A stretch of DNA of 64,000 nt from Tubiluchus corallicola. Its lineage: Eukaryota > Animalia > Priapulida. Below the pieces are notes generated by a model that was not told the DNA's origin, searched no databases, and was given only the letters and a program-made list of their open reading frames with translations. Positions 1 to 12,400 of this stretch are shown piece after piece. Position numbers and translations under genes: made by a program. How positions within the stretch are numbered: position 1 is the stretch's first letter; every line of letters begins with the position of its first letter. Location: contig JAQGDQ010000256.1 in the NCBI GenBank assembly GCA_030141605.1, positions 248,001 to 312,000 on the forward strand, read 5' to 3'.

Positions 1-262
1 GCAAAGTGCTAAAAAAGACATTACACCAGTGTAGCCCAAACATGAAAATGCAAAATATCATAATACTGTTATATAAAACCTTCACCGTGACACAGTTATA
101 TCTGAAATGAAGTTGTAATACTAGCAGGCCTCTACTGCAAGGCAGCTGTATTGACAATAATTAAGCTACCTTTACAACAAGAGTTATTGCCCACACAATG
201 TCAGTACTATATCACAGCACATGCAATCTTTACTTCAACTACAAGGAAAGTGAAGACAGATT

Positions 263-1206
263 TTAATCAATAAATTCTTCTGTTCCATAATACATTAGCC
301 TTGCCATCTGCCCAAATGTCGTATCCAATTTTTTTATATTCTCTGGGTTGTGTTCTTTAATTGGATCATTCTTTGTCAAGTAGCTTCTGTGTTGGTAGAG
401 TAGATGAACAGCATGCCACTGATGCCATTTGACTTTATTTTGAAATATTTGGTAAATTAGTGGCACAGACACGCCAAATACACTGTCAGGCACACAATGA
501 GCTATATTGGGGTCCTTCCACAATATCGCCTTAGTTGGAAGCTCTCCTGCATTATAATACCATTGGGAATCATCAAACTGATGATATGTGTCATAATACT
601 TCAGCAAAAATGGTGCATTACGTGTGCCAATCAAAATCTGATTTCCGATATACGCATCTTTTGATGGCCAGCCCACAGTAAAGGTATAGTTTCTGAATTC
701 GTTGAAAGATTTTATCACGTACACATCGTTGTCAAGATAAATACCTCCTTGCTCCATGAGAATTTGTAACCTAGCTACATCTGATGCATGCTGAACTACC
801 TTTATTGAGCGACCAAATATCTGTGTTGGTCTTTTCTGAAACACAATCTCAATAACATTGTCACTTCTATTACTCACTAGATGCTCCCAGAATTCCCCTG
901 ATGGACGTTCATCACAGTGAATATAAAGTTTTTTTGGTCTAAGGTTTTGCAATGCAGCCTTTATACACAGCATTTCCACGAATGTTACAAGAGGTTGTCC
1001 AAATCTAACAAAATGTACTACGTTTGGCACAAGATAATCCAGTTCCTGGTAATCAGTGAACACTGGACCCACTGATTTGTCTCCAGTGTTTCCCAATGGT
1101 ATTATAGCTACAAAATCACCTGCCCAGTAATAGTAACCCATAGCCATACATAACGTCAGTGTTACTCCAACAATTATGAGAAAAATTGACTTATATCCAC
1201 CAAACC
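263..1206 (-). CDS. GT32-family DXD glycosyltransferase (alpha-1,4-GlcNAc/Gal transferase-like), paralog 1, main coding exon
   Basis: ORF has VPNVVHF, HASDVARLQILMEQGGIYLDNDVYV (GT32 DXD signature) and C-terminal TTFGQMAR, plus a hydrophobic N-terminal type II anchor. Acceptor ttttttgcAG ends at 1207. Confidence 0.9.
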
Positions 1207-1630
1207 CTGCAAAAAATGTAATACACAAAATCAACAAAAAACATTATATATTGTTTGGAAAAAAATTGTAACCCATTACTACAGCCCACTTAGTGTGACT
1301 CTGCAACTGTTTGCCATTTTTAGCTTCATACAAAATCAAAAGTCCCACTTCTCTACAGTACAAAACAAAAACTTGATGAAAATACATATATCAGATTCTG
1401 TAATAGTCAAAATTAACTTAAACATATTTGAAAAATGAAAATGTATTTGAGCAATGATTCTTATCTAAAGTTAAATGGTATGTTGAACATCACAAAATCT
1501 TTTTTTCCTATAAGTACTCTAGAATAAAGCCTATTTTAGCAATTCTGTGCCCAAATAATATTTGGCAAATATTGAACAACAATTAGCACATAACAATTAG
1601 CAAGTAGGAAAAAAATAGCTAAGTACTTAC

Positions 1631-1637
1631 CAGTCAT
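1631..1637 (-). CDS. Start-codon-bearing exon of GT paralog 1 (exon 1720-1631; coding part ATG ACT G)
   Basis: Acceptor ttcttctccAG before 1720 and donor G|GTAAGT at 1631/1630. The phase-1 join gives MTGFGGYKSIFLII...; total CDS 951 nt = 316 aa plus stop. Confidence 0.7.
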
Positions 1638-2144
1638 GTTTGAACATTGGTCCACCTTTATCAAGTTTATTAGACTTCAAGAAGTTTGATCAAATCACCC
1701 ACATCTGGCTGTTGTGAAGACTGGAGAAGAACCACAATACCACAGTACATTTATCTATTTTTATTACCTTAAAATAAAATGGTACTAATTTAACAAAGAC
1801 ATTTAACGAAGTAACTAATTTACACCAATGGAGAGTGTAAAAAGCTAACTACACCTCTTTTATACACTATATATGTGCTATAAACAGATTTGAAAGCTGC
1901 TAAAACTGTGACAATGAACCACAAATAAAACTCCACTAAGTGAAGCTCTGGGATATGCAGGCAGAACTAGACAAAAGATGAGGTTGAACAAAAAAATAAA
2001 AACCAAGTACGATGGGCAGGAATAACTATGACACGCTAGAACAAAACTAGAAGTTAAGCTAAATATTTTTTACCCTCATGAGGGGCAGCAACTGCAAATG
2101 ACTGGTGGTTTATAATCTATGTATGGCAGAGCGTTGCAGAGAGC

Positions 2145-2960
2145 TAGTGATGTGCAGTTAATCGAAAAAACTCCCGACTCAATTTTTTTTCTTAGACTAT
2201 TAATCTAAAAAAACGATTAACCGACTACACAATATTTAAGGGACTAACAGACGAGGTTAAGTTGTCCCCAAGCAATTTTTCAGATTGTCTGTTTGCACAT
2301 TAGTTTCCTGCGAAGCTGCTGACTCTGGTATGCTGCAGAATACTGTAAGCATGTATTATAATATCACCCAGTCAATGATTCATTGCTATACTTCATTTAT
2401 AGATAACTAGCCCAGTAAGTAGCGACACCCCATCCGATAATGCAGTGGCCTACCTCATTACAGTATTATATAATGCTGTAGAAACAATCAATTAGCATCT
2501 ACACACAGATTCAAATGCCACACATACTGAAATAAAATATTTTGATTGAGCAGAATGGCGGCGCTGCAACAAAAATAGCATCGTAGGCTGGTGGTATTAG
2601 ATATGGGCAAAGTAATAATTTTGCGATTTTGGGTTTGTGGTACGAGCACAATTTTAGATACCATATATAGCTTTTTAATTTCTCATGCTAATTACTATTT
2701 TCCAGTTTCCCAATCCACAACTATTACACCCAAGTGTAAAAGTACTTGGCAATTTCACTTTGCTAAGGTATGTACTTGAAGGCGAGAAATGATTTATTTT
2801 ACACTAATCGGGGTTAGACTTTTGCTTACACACGGGCGTGGGAAATCAAACAGGGTTAATCAAATTATATTTTTATAATCACATTCGACTTAGAAAAATT
2901 TCTACTAACCATTGAGTCAAAATGTGTTTTTTTTACAGTTTGCCACATTGCAAGTCAGTA
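2145..2960. mobile_element. Possible degraded hAT-type MITE
   Basis: Starts TAGTGATGTGCAGTTAATCGA followed by short AATCG/CGACT motifs, with similar motifs near 2800-2960. No clear TSD; boundaries approximate. Confidence 0.3.
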
Positions 2961-3504
2961 TCTAGCACTGAACAGTAGGACCTATATCTTCATATAATGC
3001 ATATTATTGTGGCAGGACAGGAATCTAACTTACTATAAAGAATTAGAGACAACAAATCGGTTCAACCAGACTTGAGGTGTCTTACACACATATCCTCCCT
3101 TAACAAAAGATAGAAATTTATGGCATCTAGGAAAAAAATCCATCTATTCTAGAGGATATGTTCTACTAGAACGAGATAATGAAGAATTTAGGCAATTATT
3201 GTCAAAGTACTATTTTATAGCTGGTTATATTTAATTTATGTGAACACTGTTATTACATGTATTTGTTTATAATTTACATGAGACAGTAAGTATTCTGCAA
3301 TTATTATCATCACTGTATTGTAGTTATCAAAAGAACAGACATAAGTTCTATCAAGTTATGGTAAGACCAAAGTAACCCAAGTCTGAGGTAAGTTTGTCAG
3401 TCTGTAAGTAAACGAGCAAGCATGGAAAGAAGGGATGCATATATTTATCAACACAAATCAGATTTCCTTTTATATTGTCGTATCGCTGTTTGTGTGCTTA
3501 TACT

Positions 3505-3908
3505 CTCTAAAACATGGCATGCCCCACCTGCTAATGCTTAGTACTCCTATCCGCTACTGCTGCACACACTGTGTTTGCAGTATATCTATATACATCAGTA
3601 GCTGACCCCTCTCGGTTTTTTTGCTCAGAAATTGCTCTGACAAATGGCTGGCTTTCTTTTTTAAAGCTTAATTGCCTGTTTCTTTTACTAATTTCTGCTG
3701 AGAATTGTTGTCCACTGTTTATCACCGATGTGTACCTAATTTGTAATTTTGTCTCTTCATTTGGGTGCATTTCCGTTCTAAAACATGGCATGGCTCTACC
3801 TGTTGATGGAAGGCACTACTATCCACCGCCACTACCCATGATGAATTGTCCCTCAAACTAGATTTGTATTTGCAGCATATCTAGTGCGTAGCTGACCCAC
3901 ACTTTTTG
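3505..3908. repeat. Imperfect tandem duplication, unit about 270-290 bp
   Basis: CTAAAACATGGCATG at ~3508 and ~3778; TTTGCAG.ATATCTA...GTAGCTGACCC at ~3574 and ~3869. Confidence 0.7.
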
Positions 3909-3919
3909 TCGTTTCAAGA

Positions 3920-5760
3920 GCTTTACATAATGCTATGGGTAAGAGGAGATTCTTGAGGTAATTTTGCGCATATAAATCCAATGCAAACTTCTTATTTTGA
4001 TTTGTTTATTCCAATTGTACTTTTTAACAACATCCTACAGATCACCACTGGATATTCTGTCAGGCCATTTCTCATTATTGTCCATAACTCAGCATTGTAT
4101 AAAAATACAGGTTCAACTAAAGTTGAAAGGGTCCGGACATTGGTTGCAAGAGAAAGTCTATTGTTTTTAAAAACCATCTCTGAATAAGCAGACAGATTTT
4201 CCTCTGTTGTATGTTGGCTTCAGTATCTAACAAGCTACAAATATTTACATTTTTTCCGGGAATCGTCAAGGCCTCACGGAATATGATAGTGTTCAGTCTC
4301 TGCATTGTTGACTTTAAAATTACATTTTTCTCAACAGCAGCTGATCATGCAGTTTGCATCTTTCAGTTCCTCTATATTAATTGTAGTGTAATTGATGTAA
4401 ACTCATTCTGCATATCATCTGCATATTGCGCGGAGTTAAAGATAAAGGCCTTCCAAATCAGTGGCATAGTATGTGGTGTGCTGTACCATACAGGGCAGCC
4501 AATGAGTGTTTGATAACACGATACACGAATGAAATACACAAATGACAGGCATTTGCAATAATATATAAAATTCCGAAGAACTAACGAGAACACACGTAAA
4601 CCAATGTTCGGCAACAAAAACTTATAACAGGACACTAAATAAGTGATAATCAATAAAATTAGAATATTTTTACCAACAACCCAACCATTTTTACCATACT
4701 CGGTGTCGCACAGACAGACAAGTACAGATCTGTACCTCTAGCCAATGCCTTAAAAAACGATAGCATTCATCAAGCCATGCATCGCGTGTGTCTACTGTGG
4801 CAGTATCATGCAGCAGTCAGAGCTGTGTTAGGTTTAAGGAAAGGGGCGGCCAATTTGGTAGCGCACAGGGCAGCCAAACCTGCTACGCATCCACTCCATA
4901 TGTAGCATAATTATGTTCAACTGCGTAACTGGTCTGAAGTTTTCTGGATTAAGATCTGTGTAGGTATGGTCCTTCATTTCTTCACAAGGTAGCCCTAGAG
5001 AGTTATCTGTCATAGCTACAGCAAGATGTAAAGCAAAATGGACAATCTCCCTTGAGGTACCCCAAGTTTAAAACAGAATGGCGTGGGTGTCCTTCCTTTA
5101 TATCAGACTTGGATAGTGAGATTTTGCAAGAATATACAGAGCAAAGTGCAACTCATCTTCATTTAAAACTTCTAATACTTGTTAAGTAAGACGCTTCTTT
5201 TAGCCGTGTCAAAAGTTATTGACATATCAAGAAGTGCATAGAAAAGAATAGAATGGATGAAAAGGCTTTTTCTGCTATTAATTTACGTGTGTGAACAAGC
5301 CAGTGTCAGAAGTAAAGAAAACTTATTCCACGTTTTATGAGCTCAGCGCTGAATTCATCTATCCCAGGACTTTGGTTACTTTTTAGTGATTTTACTGCTA
5401 CTCGTATCTCAGTTCCAATAAATGGATAACACCGCGTTCTGTATTCAGTTTGTATTAATTTAAATGTTTTTTATTGAACACAGAACATATTTTTTCCTGG
5501 GTCATGTACAGTGTTAGCCTAATAGACCAGAAAGATTGTTAGCATTGCTCTCATAGAACAGAAGGATTGTTTGAGTAGGTTATTTACAATCCCCTCTTCT
5601 GTTTTTACATTTAGCTTTTTATTAGTTTTGAAATTCTGCAGAATACGAATGGCTCCGAGTCTGAAGCATCTAAACTAGACGAATCATTATTGGAGTTTTC
5701 TATTTCCTCTGCGAGTGAACAAGCGTTAGCCTCTTCTATTGAATTTTTGCGACCACGAAT
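3920..5760 (-). mobile_element. Degenerate non-LTR retrotransposon RT (RTE-like), interrupted by a MITE
   Basis: Minus-strand motifs in RT order: LLDMSITFDT (~5235-5206), NLGVPQG (~5068-5048), QYADDM (~4428-4411), LVEPVFLYNAELWT (~4120-4079). Many stops and frameshifts. Confidence 0.75.
4459..4895 (+). mobile_element. Non-autonomous hAT-like element (short copy) inserted in the RT
   Basis: Termini CAGTGGCATAG / GCATCCACT. Both ends resemble the 52556-54021 element. Degenerate TSD ttccaaat / tccatat. Confidence 0.65.
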
Positions 5761-6489
5761 CTAATTCATTATACAAAAATTACTAGAAGACAATGCAAAA
5801 ATTTATCAAAAATCGACTCACTACAGAGAGAAAGAAATAGTATAAATTTGTCTCTTGTCTTATCGCACAAACTATTCTGCGAATAGCAGAAACCTTATTC
5901 GAAATTTTGGTTCGTATTTCTTATAGAAGATCTGCCATACATACCGTAGCATTTTTCATGGAGTCTGAGTGGTGAAAGTGCTCAAATCTTGCATTTTTAC
6001 CGACGAAATCCAGAAAGATTAAAAAATTTAACATTTTTGCACCTAATAGATATCAGAGATGATAACATAAGCATATAGGCAGTATGCGTAACATAACGTA
6101 AGAATATTGTTCGTCGTGATTTGTAGGTAGGTATGCTTACCATAACCCATCGGTGTCAGGGATGTCGCTAGGGTTGGTGTCAATCCGTGCGTTGCAGCTC
6201 ATATACTGTGTCATGCAAAATCCTTTAGTAGTATCTTGTGTACGTAGCTAGCACTTGCTACATTGCGATTACGAAAAACATCATCTAGACAACATCATTT
6301 TGTTTTCCATCCTACTGAGTTAAAGTGCTAAGAACACGTTAGTACATCGACAATATTTATTCTAAAATGAATAAAATGAAACTTTTAATTTTTTATTTAT
6401 TTATTTTTTATCTCTGAGTTATTTGAAATATTTGAGAAGCAACCCTTTTAATCGTATGAAAATACACTACTTAGTTGAAATATCATGTA

Positions 6490-7433
6490 GGGAGCCGAGC
6501 ACTAGCCCAAGTAGGACACTTCCGGTAAAACCCATGTGCTAAAAGTAGTGTCCTACATGGGCAGCCCAAGAAGGACACTAGCGATTTTTGTCAAGAATCG
6601 GTAATTTTGTCAAATTTTTCAAAATTCTGTGAAAGTTTCTTCATTTTATTAAAAATTGTGCTTGTTGGTTGAGTTGTCGTCAGTTTGGCGTCATGAAAAC
6701 TTGCTTGACCTGGTGTTTAACTCAGCATGCAGTATGCAGGTATTGCTTTGCAGTGACTTTTGTAACTCGTTCACTGAACGAGAGTTTGTTTGGTAACAAA
6801 GCAGCTCATTTAGCGCTCTAGCATTGTTCAGCAGTATGGTTATAGTAGAGGTGAAATGAAACAATACTACAGGAAAATGTAAAAATGAGACAGATGCTGC
6901 TAAGCCTTCACAATACCAAAAAGTAATTTTTAACATTTAGGAAAAGCAAGGATAATTTGTTTTAATATTATCAGTAGTATTGTAACATGTAGGGCACTGT
7001 CCTACGTGGCTCGCTAGCCCATGTAGGACACATAGATCTCTAGAACGTTTACTTATAAGAAAACAATTATTTGCCCAAGAGGTAGTGAAACGGATCACCT
7101 GTTTGTGAAGTGAGACAAAATCAAAAATGATATACCTTAAACAAATGTTGAATTCGCAAAAAAGTGGTTTTTTTCACTTCAACAACATTAATATCAAAAG
7201 CAAATTTAATATTGTCCGTTCTACCAGCTCAGAATAAAATTAGTTTATTTTATTAGATGTATAATAAATTATTCAACGTGTACTAACGTTTTTAATTATT
7301 ATTTTACATAAACAAGGACAACGGACGGTGTCAGTACACTTAACGACTCAATTCGCGACCTGTCTCTAGTGTCCTACTTGGGCTAGCCCATGTATGCCGC
7401 GTCCTACTTGGGCTAGTGGGTTACTCGGCTCCC
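6490..7433 (+). mobile_element. Tc1/mariner (pogo-like) MITE
   Basis: Perfect TIR GGGAGCCGAG / CTCGGCTCCC flanked by TA on both sides. Subterminal CTAGCCCAAGTAGGACAC motifs occur in both orientations. Confidence 0.8.
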
Positions 7434-7684
7434 TACAAAAAGAAACTGGCATGAAAACAGAAACAATTCTGTATTTACTAATTATATGTCAACAATCGGA
7501 ACTCTCCTTTACAAAACGTATCAAGAAAACATCTCTAGGCTTCCTTTACTAAGTCTATGAGACATGTTTACTTTTTTTTTCTGTTTTTTTGAAACTGCTA
7601 AATTGCTCTAGCTGACCATTGAAATTAACAAGAGAAAAACAAGACAAAAATTTAGTTAACTAAATAGGCAGAAATGTAGATACT

Positions 7685-7875
7685 TGGGTAGGTAGGTACG
7701 TGGGTAGGTTCGTAGATATACCTAGGCAGGTCGGGTGATAAGTAGATAGGCATGCATGTCAGTCAGTCGGCAGATATGTAGGTAGGTAGGTAGTAGATAA
7801 GTACATAGATAGATAGACAGACAGGTGGATGGACAAAATAAACAAACCAGCAGAGAGAGAGAGAGAGAGAGAGAA
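7685..7875. repeat. Compound microsatellite (TAGG/TAGA)n followed by (AG)n
   Basis: Seen directly. Confidence 0.9.
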
Positions 7876-8049
7876 AGACGAGCCTTGTGGTGTGGTGTGT
7901 GGACTATAGTTAATACATGGCTTTCATATGAAAGGTCTAATTCAAATCTATTGTGAAAAATTCATTCTCTGTATATCAAATTTTTATTATTAGCCTCTTC
8001 CACAACAACATCAACTACAGCCATTTTGAATGCCCACCATGGCAGAAAT

Positions 8050-8232
8050 TGTACTTGTGCAAGCTATAATCTTTGCGTAAGGTTACGAACAAATTTAAGA
8101 AGATTTATAGAAAAACTCTTTTTAGTTAATCCATGCGTAGCGCTACGAACATGCGTACGAATAAACTTGCAAAGAAATTTGTTTATAAGAACTTTAGTGA
8201 ATCTGGCCCCTGGACTTCATTGCTGCAAACTT
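8050..8232. mobile_element. One end of a PIF/Harbinger-like MITE
   Basis: Ends CTTTAGTGAATCTGGCCCCTGG (reverse complement of a GGGGCCAGATTCACTAAAG-type TIR) after TACGAAC/TTTATA(A)GAA subterminal motifs. Partner TIR not found. Confidence 0.4.
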
Positions 8233-8559
8233 GTCAATTACTTCATCAAAATCAACTACTTTTGCCAAGTCACTTTCAACTGATTTATGGTGTCACCCCC
8301 AGGATGGTGTCACGTGGTGCGGCCTGCACCCCTCCTAATGGTGCCATTGATAAGTGCTTACCATAATGGTGAGCATATTGTGAGAGTGGTCATCTAACAA
8401 AACAATTGTCTGCATGTAAAAAAATTTCTTTGTACCCTTCGTGGATTGATATTTATAATAAATATTTAGATGGATGTACTCCGCCTCTAATCATACCTCC
8501 AAGGTATTAATATAGGGGACCTCTAGTGCATAAATATTTGTCTAGTGCATTTTTAAAAC

Positions 8560-9450
8560 CCTCAATTGCTTGTAGTCTTATAACTTCCGGTAGGGAATTC
8601 TATTTCGGCAATTGAAAAGCTGTGTTTGTATCGCTCAGTGTTGGCTTTGTGCTTGTAAAATTTGAGTGAATTGACCTCTGGTGCAAGTATGACTTAAAAT
8701 GAAGAAAGTTTCATGATTGATGTCGAAGTCCACCTAAGATCTTGAACATCTCAATCAGTCTACCACGTTGTCTATGAGAAGAGAGTCGATGGAATCCAAG
8801 ACATTGTAGCTTCTCAGTATATGATAGATCGTCTAGCCCTTGGGTCATGTTGACTGCACTCGTTCTCTTGCATTTGTTCTAGGGTGTCGATTTCCTTCTT
8901 GAACTATGAGTCTTGGTCAACTGAGTCAAATGGTGTTGTTAAAATAATACTGATGATGACTGTTGTTACAACCTACATGAATGACTTTACATTTGGAGTC
9001 GGCGATGTTAAATTCCATTTGCCAAGATGTAGCCCAATGGCGTGCAAGTCCCGTTAAATGTATGGAGTTTACGGTAACTGCAAGTTTCATGTCACCAGCG
9101 AAATTTCAAGAGGCTGGAACGAATTCCATGGTCTAGGTCATCAATGAAAATCAGAAACATTAGTGACGCGGGAACACTTTCCTGAGGAACTCCGGATAAA
9201 ACTGGTATATGTGATTTAACACCTTGGATCTCAACGTACTGCTTCCTTCCAGTTAGCCAGTTCTTATCGACAGGTCATGTCATAACGAATAGATGGCCTT
9301 CATCAGTACTAGAGAAGACGAATTGAAAAAATTCAAGAAAGTTACTAGTAACAGAGCACCTACTTAAAAATCCTTGCTGAGATTTGTTGAGTAATTGAAG
9401 TGTCCTGAGGGCTGAGGTGATCGAGAATTGTGTTACATATAATTCTTTCC
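8560..9450 (-). mobile_element. Degenerate CR1-type LINE, 3' RT fragment
   Basis: Minus strand: SGVPQES (~9196-9176), KFAGD (decayed FADD, ~9105-9091), TRGQ.SLKFYK (CR1 C-terminal TRGH motif, ~8683-8652). Confidence 0.7.
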
Positions 9451-12400
9451 ATAGTTTTGATATGATATATGTAGACTAATAATTTAAAAATATAATTAAT
9501 ACTGATTATAGTGTTCAAAAATTAAAAAAAGGCCTACCTGGGTAAAAGAAACCACGAAGAAAGGCAGCCCTTGTACTTGTTGGCTGCCTCTCCAGCTCAC
9601 TATTCCTTCACATACAGAAAATTCATTTGCTTGTTATAATATACCATATCCCAATTTTGATTATCACCTACAATTATTTTTTCGCAAGAGAATTGGATCT
9701 GCCAAATCAATGGTCAAGATTAGCACTCTCGCCTTGTTCAGGAATGCTATGCATTCCATTTAAATTGGATTAAAGTACTCCATCACGTGTTGAATGAGTG
9801 TAGGAAGGCACCACACCTGGTTTTTGGGATTCTTCCTTTCATTACTACACCACTGTAAATCACTTTCTTGTGCTTTTGTGGTCATATTTGTTATTTATTG
9901 TAATATTTTTTGAAACTGCTTTTGCTTCAAACAATACGTAAAAACAACAGGACAAACAATATTAAACTGTTACAACCAATGTTGTAACCAATGAATGTTA
10001 CCTAACAAAAAAACAAGAACCCACATTAAAATATTATAAAAAAACAATAAAAGATTGACCTACATAATACCACAAAATAGACACGATTTTGATTAGACCT
10101 GCTGATAGTGCTTATATTTATTCCATGACCATTAATGTTGCTGCAATTTATTTACAATATAACATCATTATAGCAAACATGTAGTAATGCGAACCAAACC
10201 GTAACGCGAACTCACAAAAAAGAACAAAGTTTCATCATTCATTTAACTATTACAATAGCTTTGAATAGCTCAGTTATTGAATATTTGTATTTTTTAACAG
10301 GCCCTATTGCCCATATTACTATGTATTTATAAGTTTTTATTGCGTACTTTACCATTGCTAGCTGTCTGCAAATGAATTTACAGTTAAATTTAACCAATCT
10401 TTCCTGGAGATGCAAAAAAGTTGTACTGTATTCACTATATGTAGCATGTGAAGTTGTAAACATGTGATGTCAAAAACCATTTTGTTCATTAGCTGTACAA
10501 AAAACAATGAGTCACTTAGTAGCAGCAGCTCACCCAGTTGTTTTACCTATGTATGTCCACTGGCAGCTCACTAATGAGATGTTTATATATATCAAGTGAC
10601 GAATTTCACTGTATTTACTTTGCTACAAAAACTTTATACAGGGGACAAACAGAAATTTTGTGCAAATGCGACTTTTTTTAATCTCATTGACTTTATTGAA
10701 CATGTCACATAAATTTACAGCTGAACGTACACACAATTTTATATGAAACGTTCATCAGTTTATTTAAGTCACATAAAATGTATTTTATGCAATTTGCAAG
10801 ATAGTTGATCCTTGACTTCTAAAAGCATCTTTTAAAAGTACTTTTATGGGCTCTATGAATCCGCACATTGTACATTATTTATACATTTTTATTGTCAAAA
10901 GTGAGCAATTAATAAGTGAGTTATGTGTCCTAACTTTTAGCTCAAGTGCTTGCATTTGGACTTGGAATGCCAACTGCAATGCATGGTGAGTTGTTAGGTG
11001 TTAGAAGCAGGATAACAGAGACGTGCTATGAAAAGGGATGACATGACAATAAAATAAGAATGTAAGTAACGTAAGTGGAAGGAAAAAAAATAAGGAAAGG
11101 AAGAAAGCTAAAATTGAATAAGAATGGAAAGAATAGCTGAAAGAATATTACTAATGTGTATTTAAGAAATATATTTTCATCTCCTTAAATCTAAGCACAC
11201 ATGTTACTGTTATGATATTACAAAAAATAGAAATATAATTACTAATGAATTAGTAACTTACGTGACATACTATTAAATTATTTGTTGACTGTTATACTTG
11301 ATTTCGTTAATATAACAATGTCGACATTTTATCACACATCTTTATTATTTACCTAGGAGTCATTTGTAACTTTATAAATCTTGTAAATAACTGTCTTTGT
11401 GTTTTCTGTTACTATAGTTGTATATAGTATTTTTTTATGTTAGTGCTAGATGAATCTATTGCCAACATTCAATCAGTTGTATACGATACGCTATGTATGA
11501 TTGACTGGTATGCTGCCTTCTGTACGTAGTAGACATATCTTATGTACATTGTGTCTTTTGCTTTGTATATATGTAAGATTTTATCAGTTGTCAAATTGGC
11601 TAATAAGAATTTTATCGAATTATTTGTCTACCTGTGTAAATGGTATGTACACTGAAAGAAGTTTTCACGCTGGCATGACATTTGGAAAGTTGAGAACACA
11701 GCCATGTGTTGGAAATTTAGAAGCTTCAGTTTGATGAAGTTAATACATTATCGCTAAGAAGAGGAAGAAGACTGGATGGTTTGATTTGGCTGCATACTGA
11801 AAGATAGCTTTAAAAAAATTTAGGAAGAAGTACACGTAAATTATACTAAGCGATATAATGGCATCTGGAAACAGGAATTGTGTTTGGGAGGCAAAATCTG
11901 TGGCCTTTGTAGTGAAAGTAAAAATCTGGTAAGAAACTTAATTATAAGGCTGAAGCTCAGTGTAGCCATTACATTTAATTAGACCTGCTAGGAAAACTCG
12001 TAAATTCAGTTTCCTTAGTCTGCCCTACTGACAAATAAAATGCTTCTTTACATTCCAGTTCATAATTGCACATTTTACACATGTTTGCCTGAGGTCACGT
12101 CACTATGCAAGCATCTTCCAATTGTGTCTTATGACACACTACTTCAGCATACCGAAAAGCACTTAAAGGCAGTGCTTATTTAAGAACATGTTTCTGGTGT
12201 GAATGGAGCCTGGCTCATTATCATAGTTGTCCCTCTAAGGTGAGACACTGAACTGGCTGAGGTATCTCAACCATGTGCAAATGTATATACAATCCCCTCT
12301 ATGAGATAAAGAGCCAAAATGTATAAGTGATGCCACGCATAGAGAGTTTTACATCCACAATGGCCACATGAGACATCATATTTCAATAATAAATGACCAC

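Larger units (their letters stand above)
6157..8349 (+). mobile_element. Old hAT-like non-autonomous element hosting nested insertions
   Basis: Left end CAGGGATGTCGCTAGGGTTGGTGTCA; right end GGTGTCACCCC...GGTGTCAC...CCTAATGGTGCCATTG. Flanks atcggtgt / ataagtgc match 5/8. Confidence 0.5.

Noticed and set aside
1207-1237. ORF-track TTG start for GT paralog 1
   Set aside because: It lies in the polypyrimidine tract of the intron; a spliced ATG at 1637 fits better.
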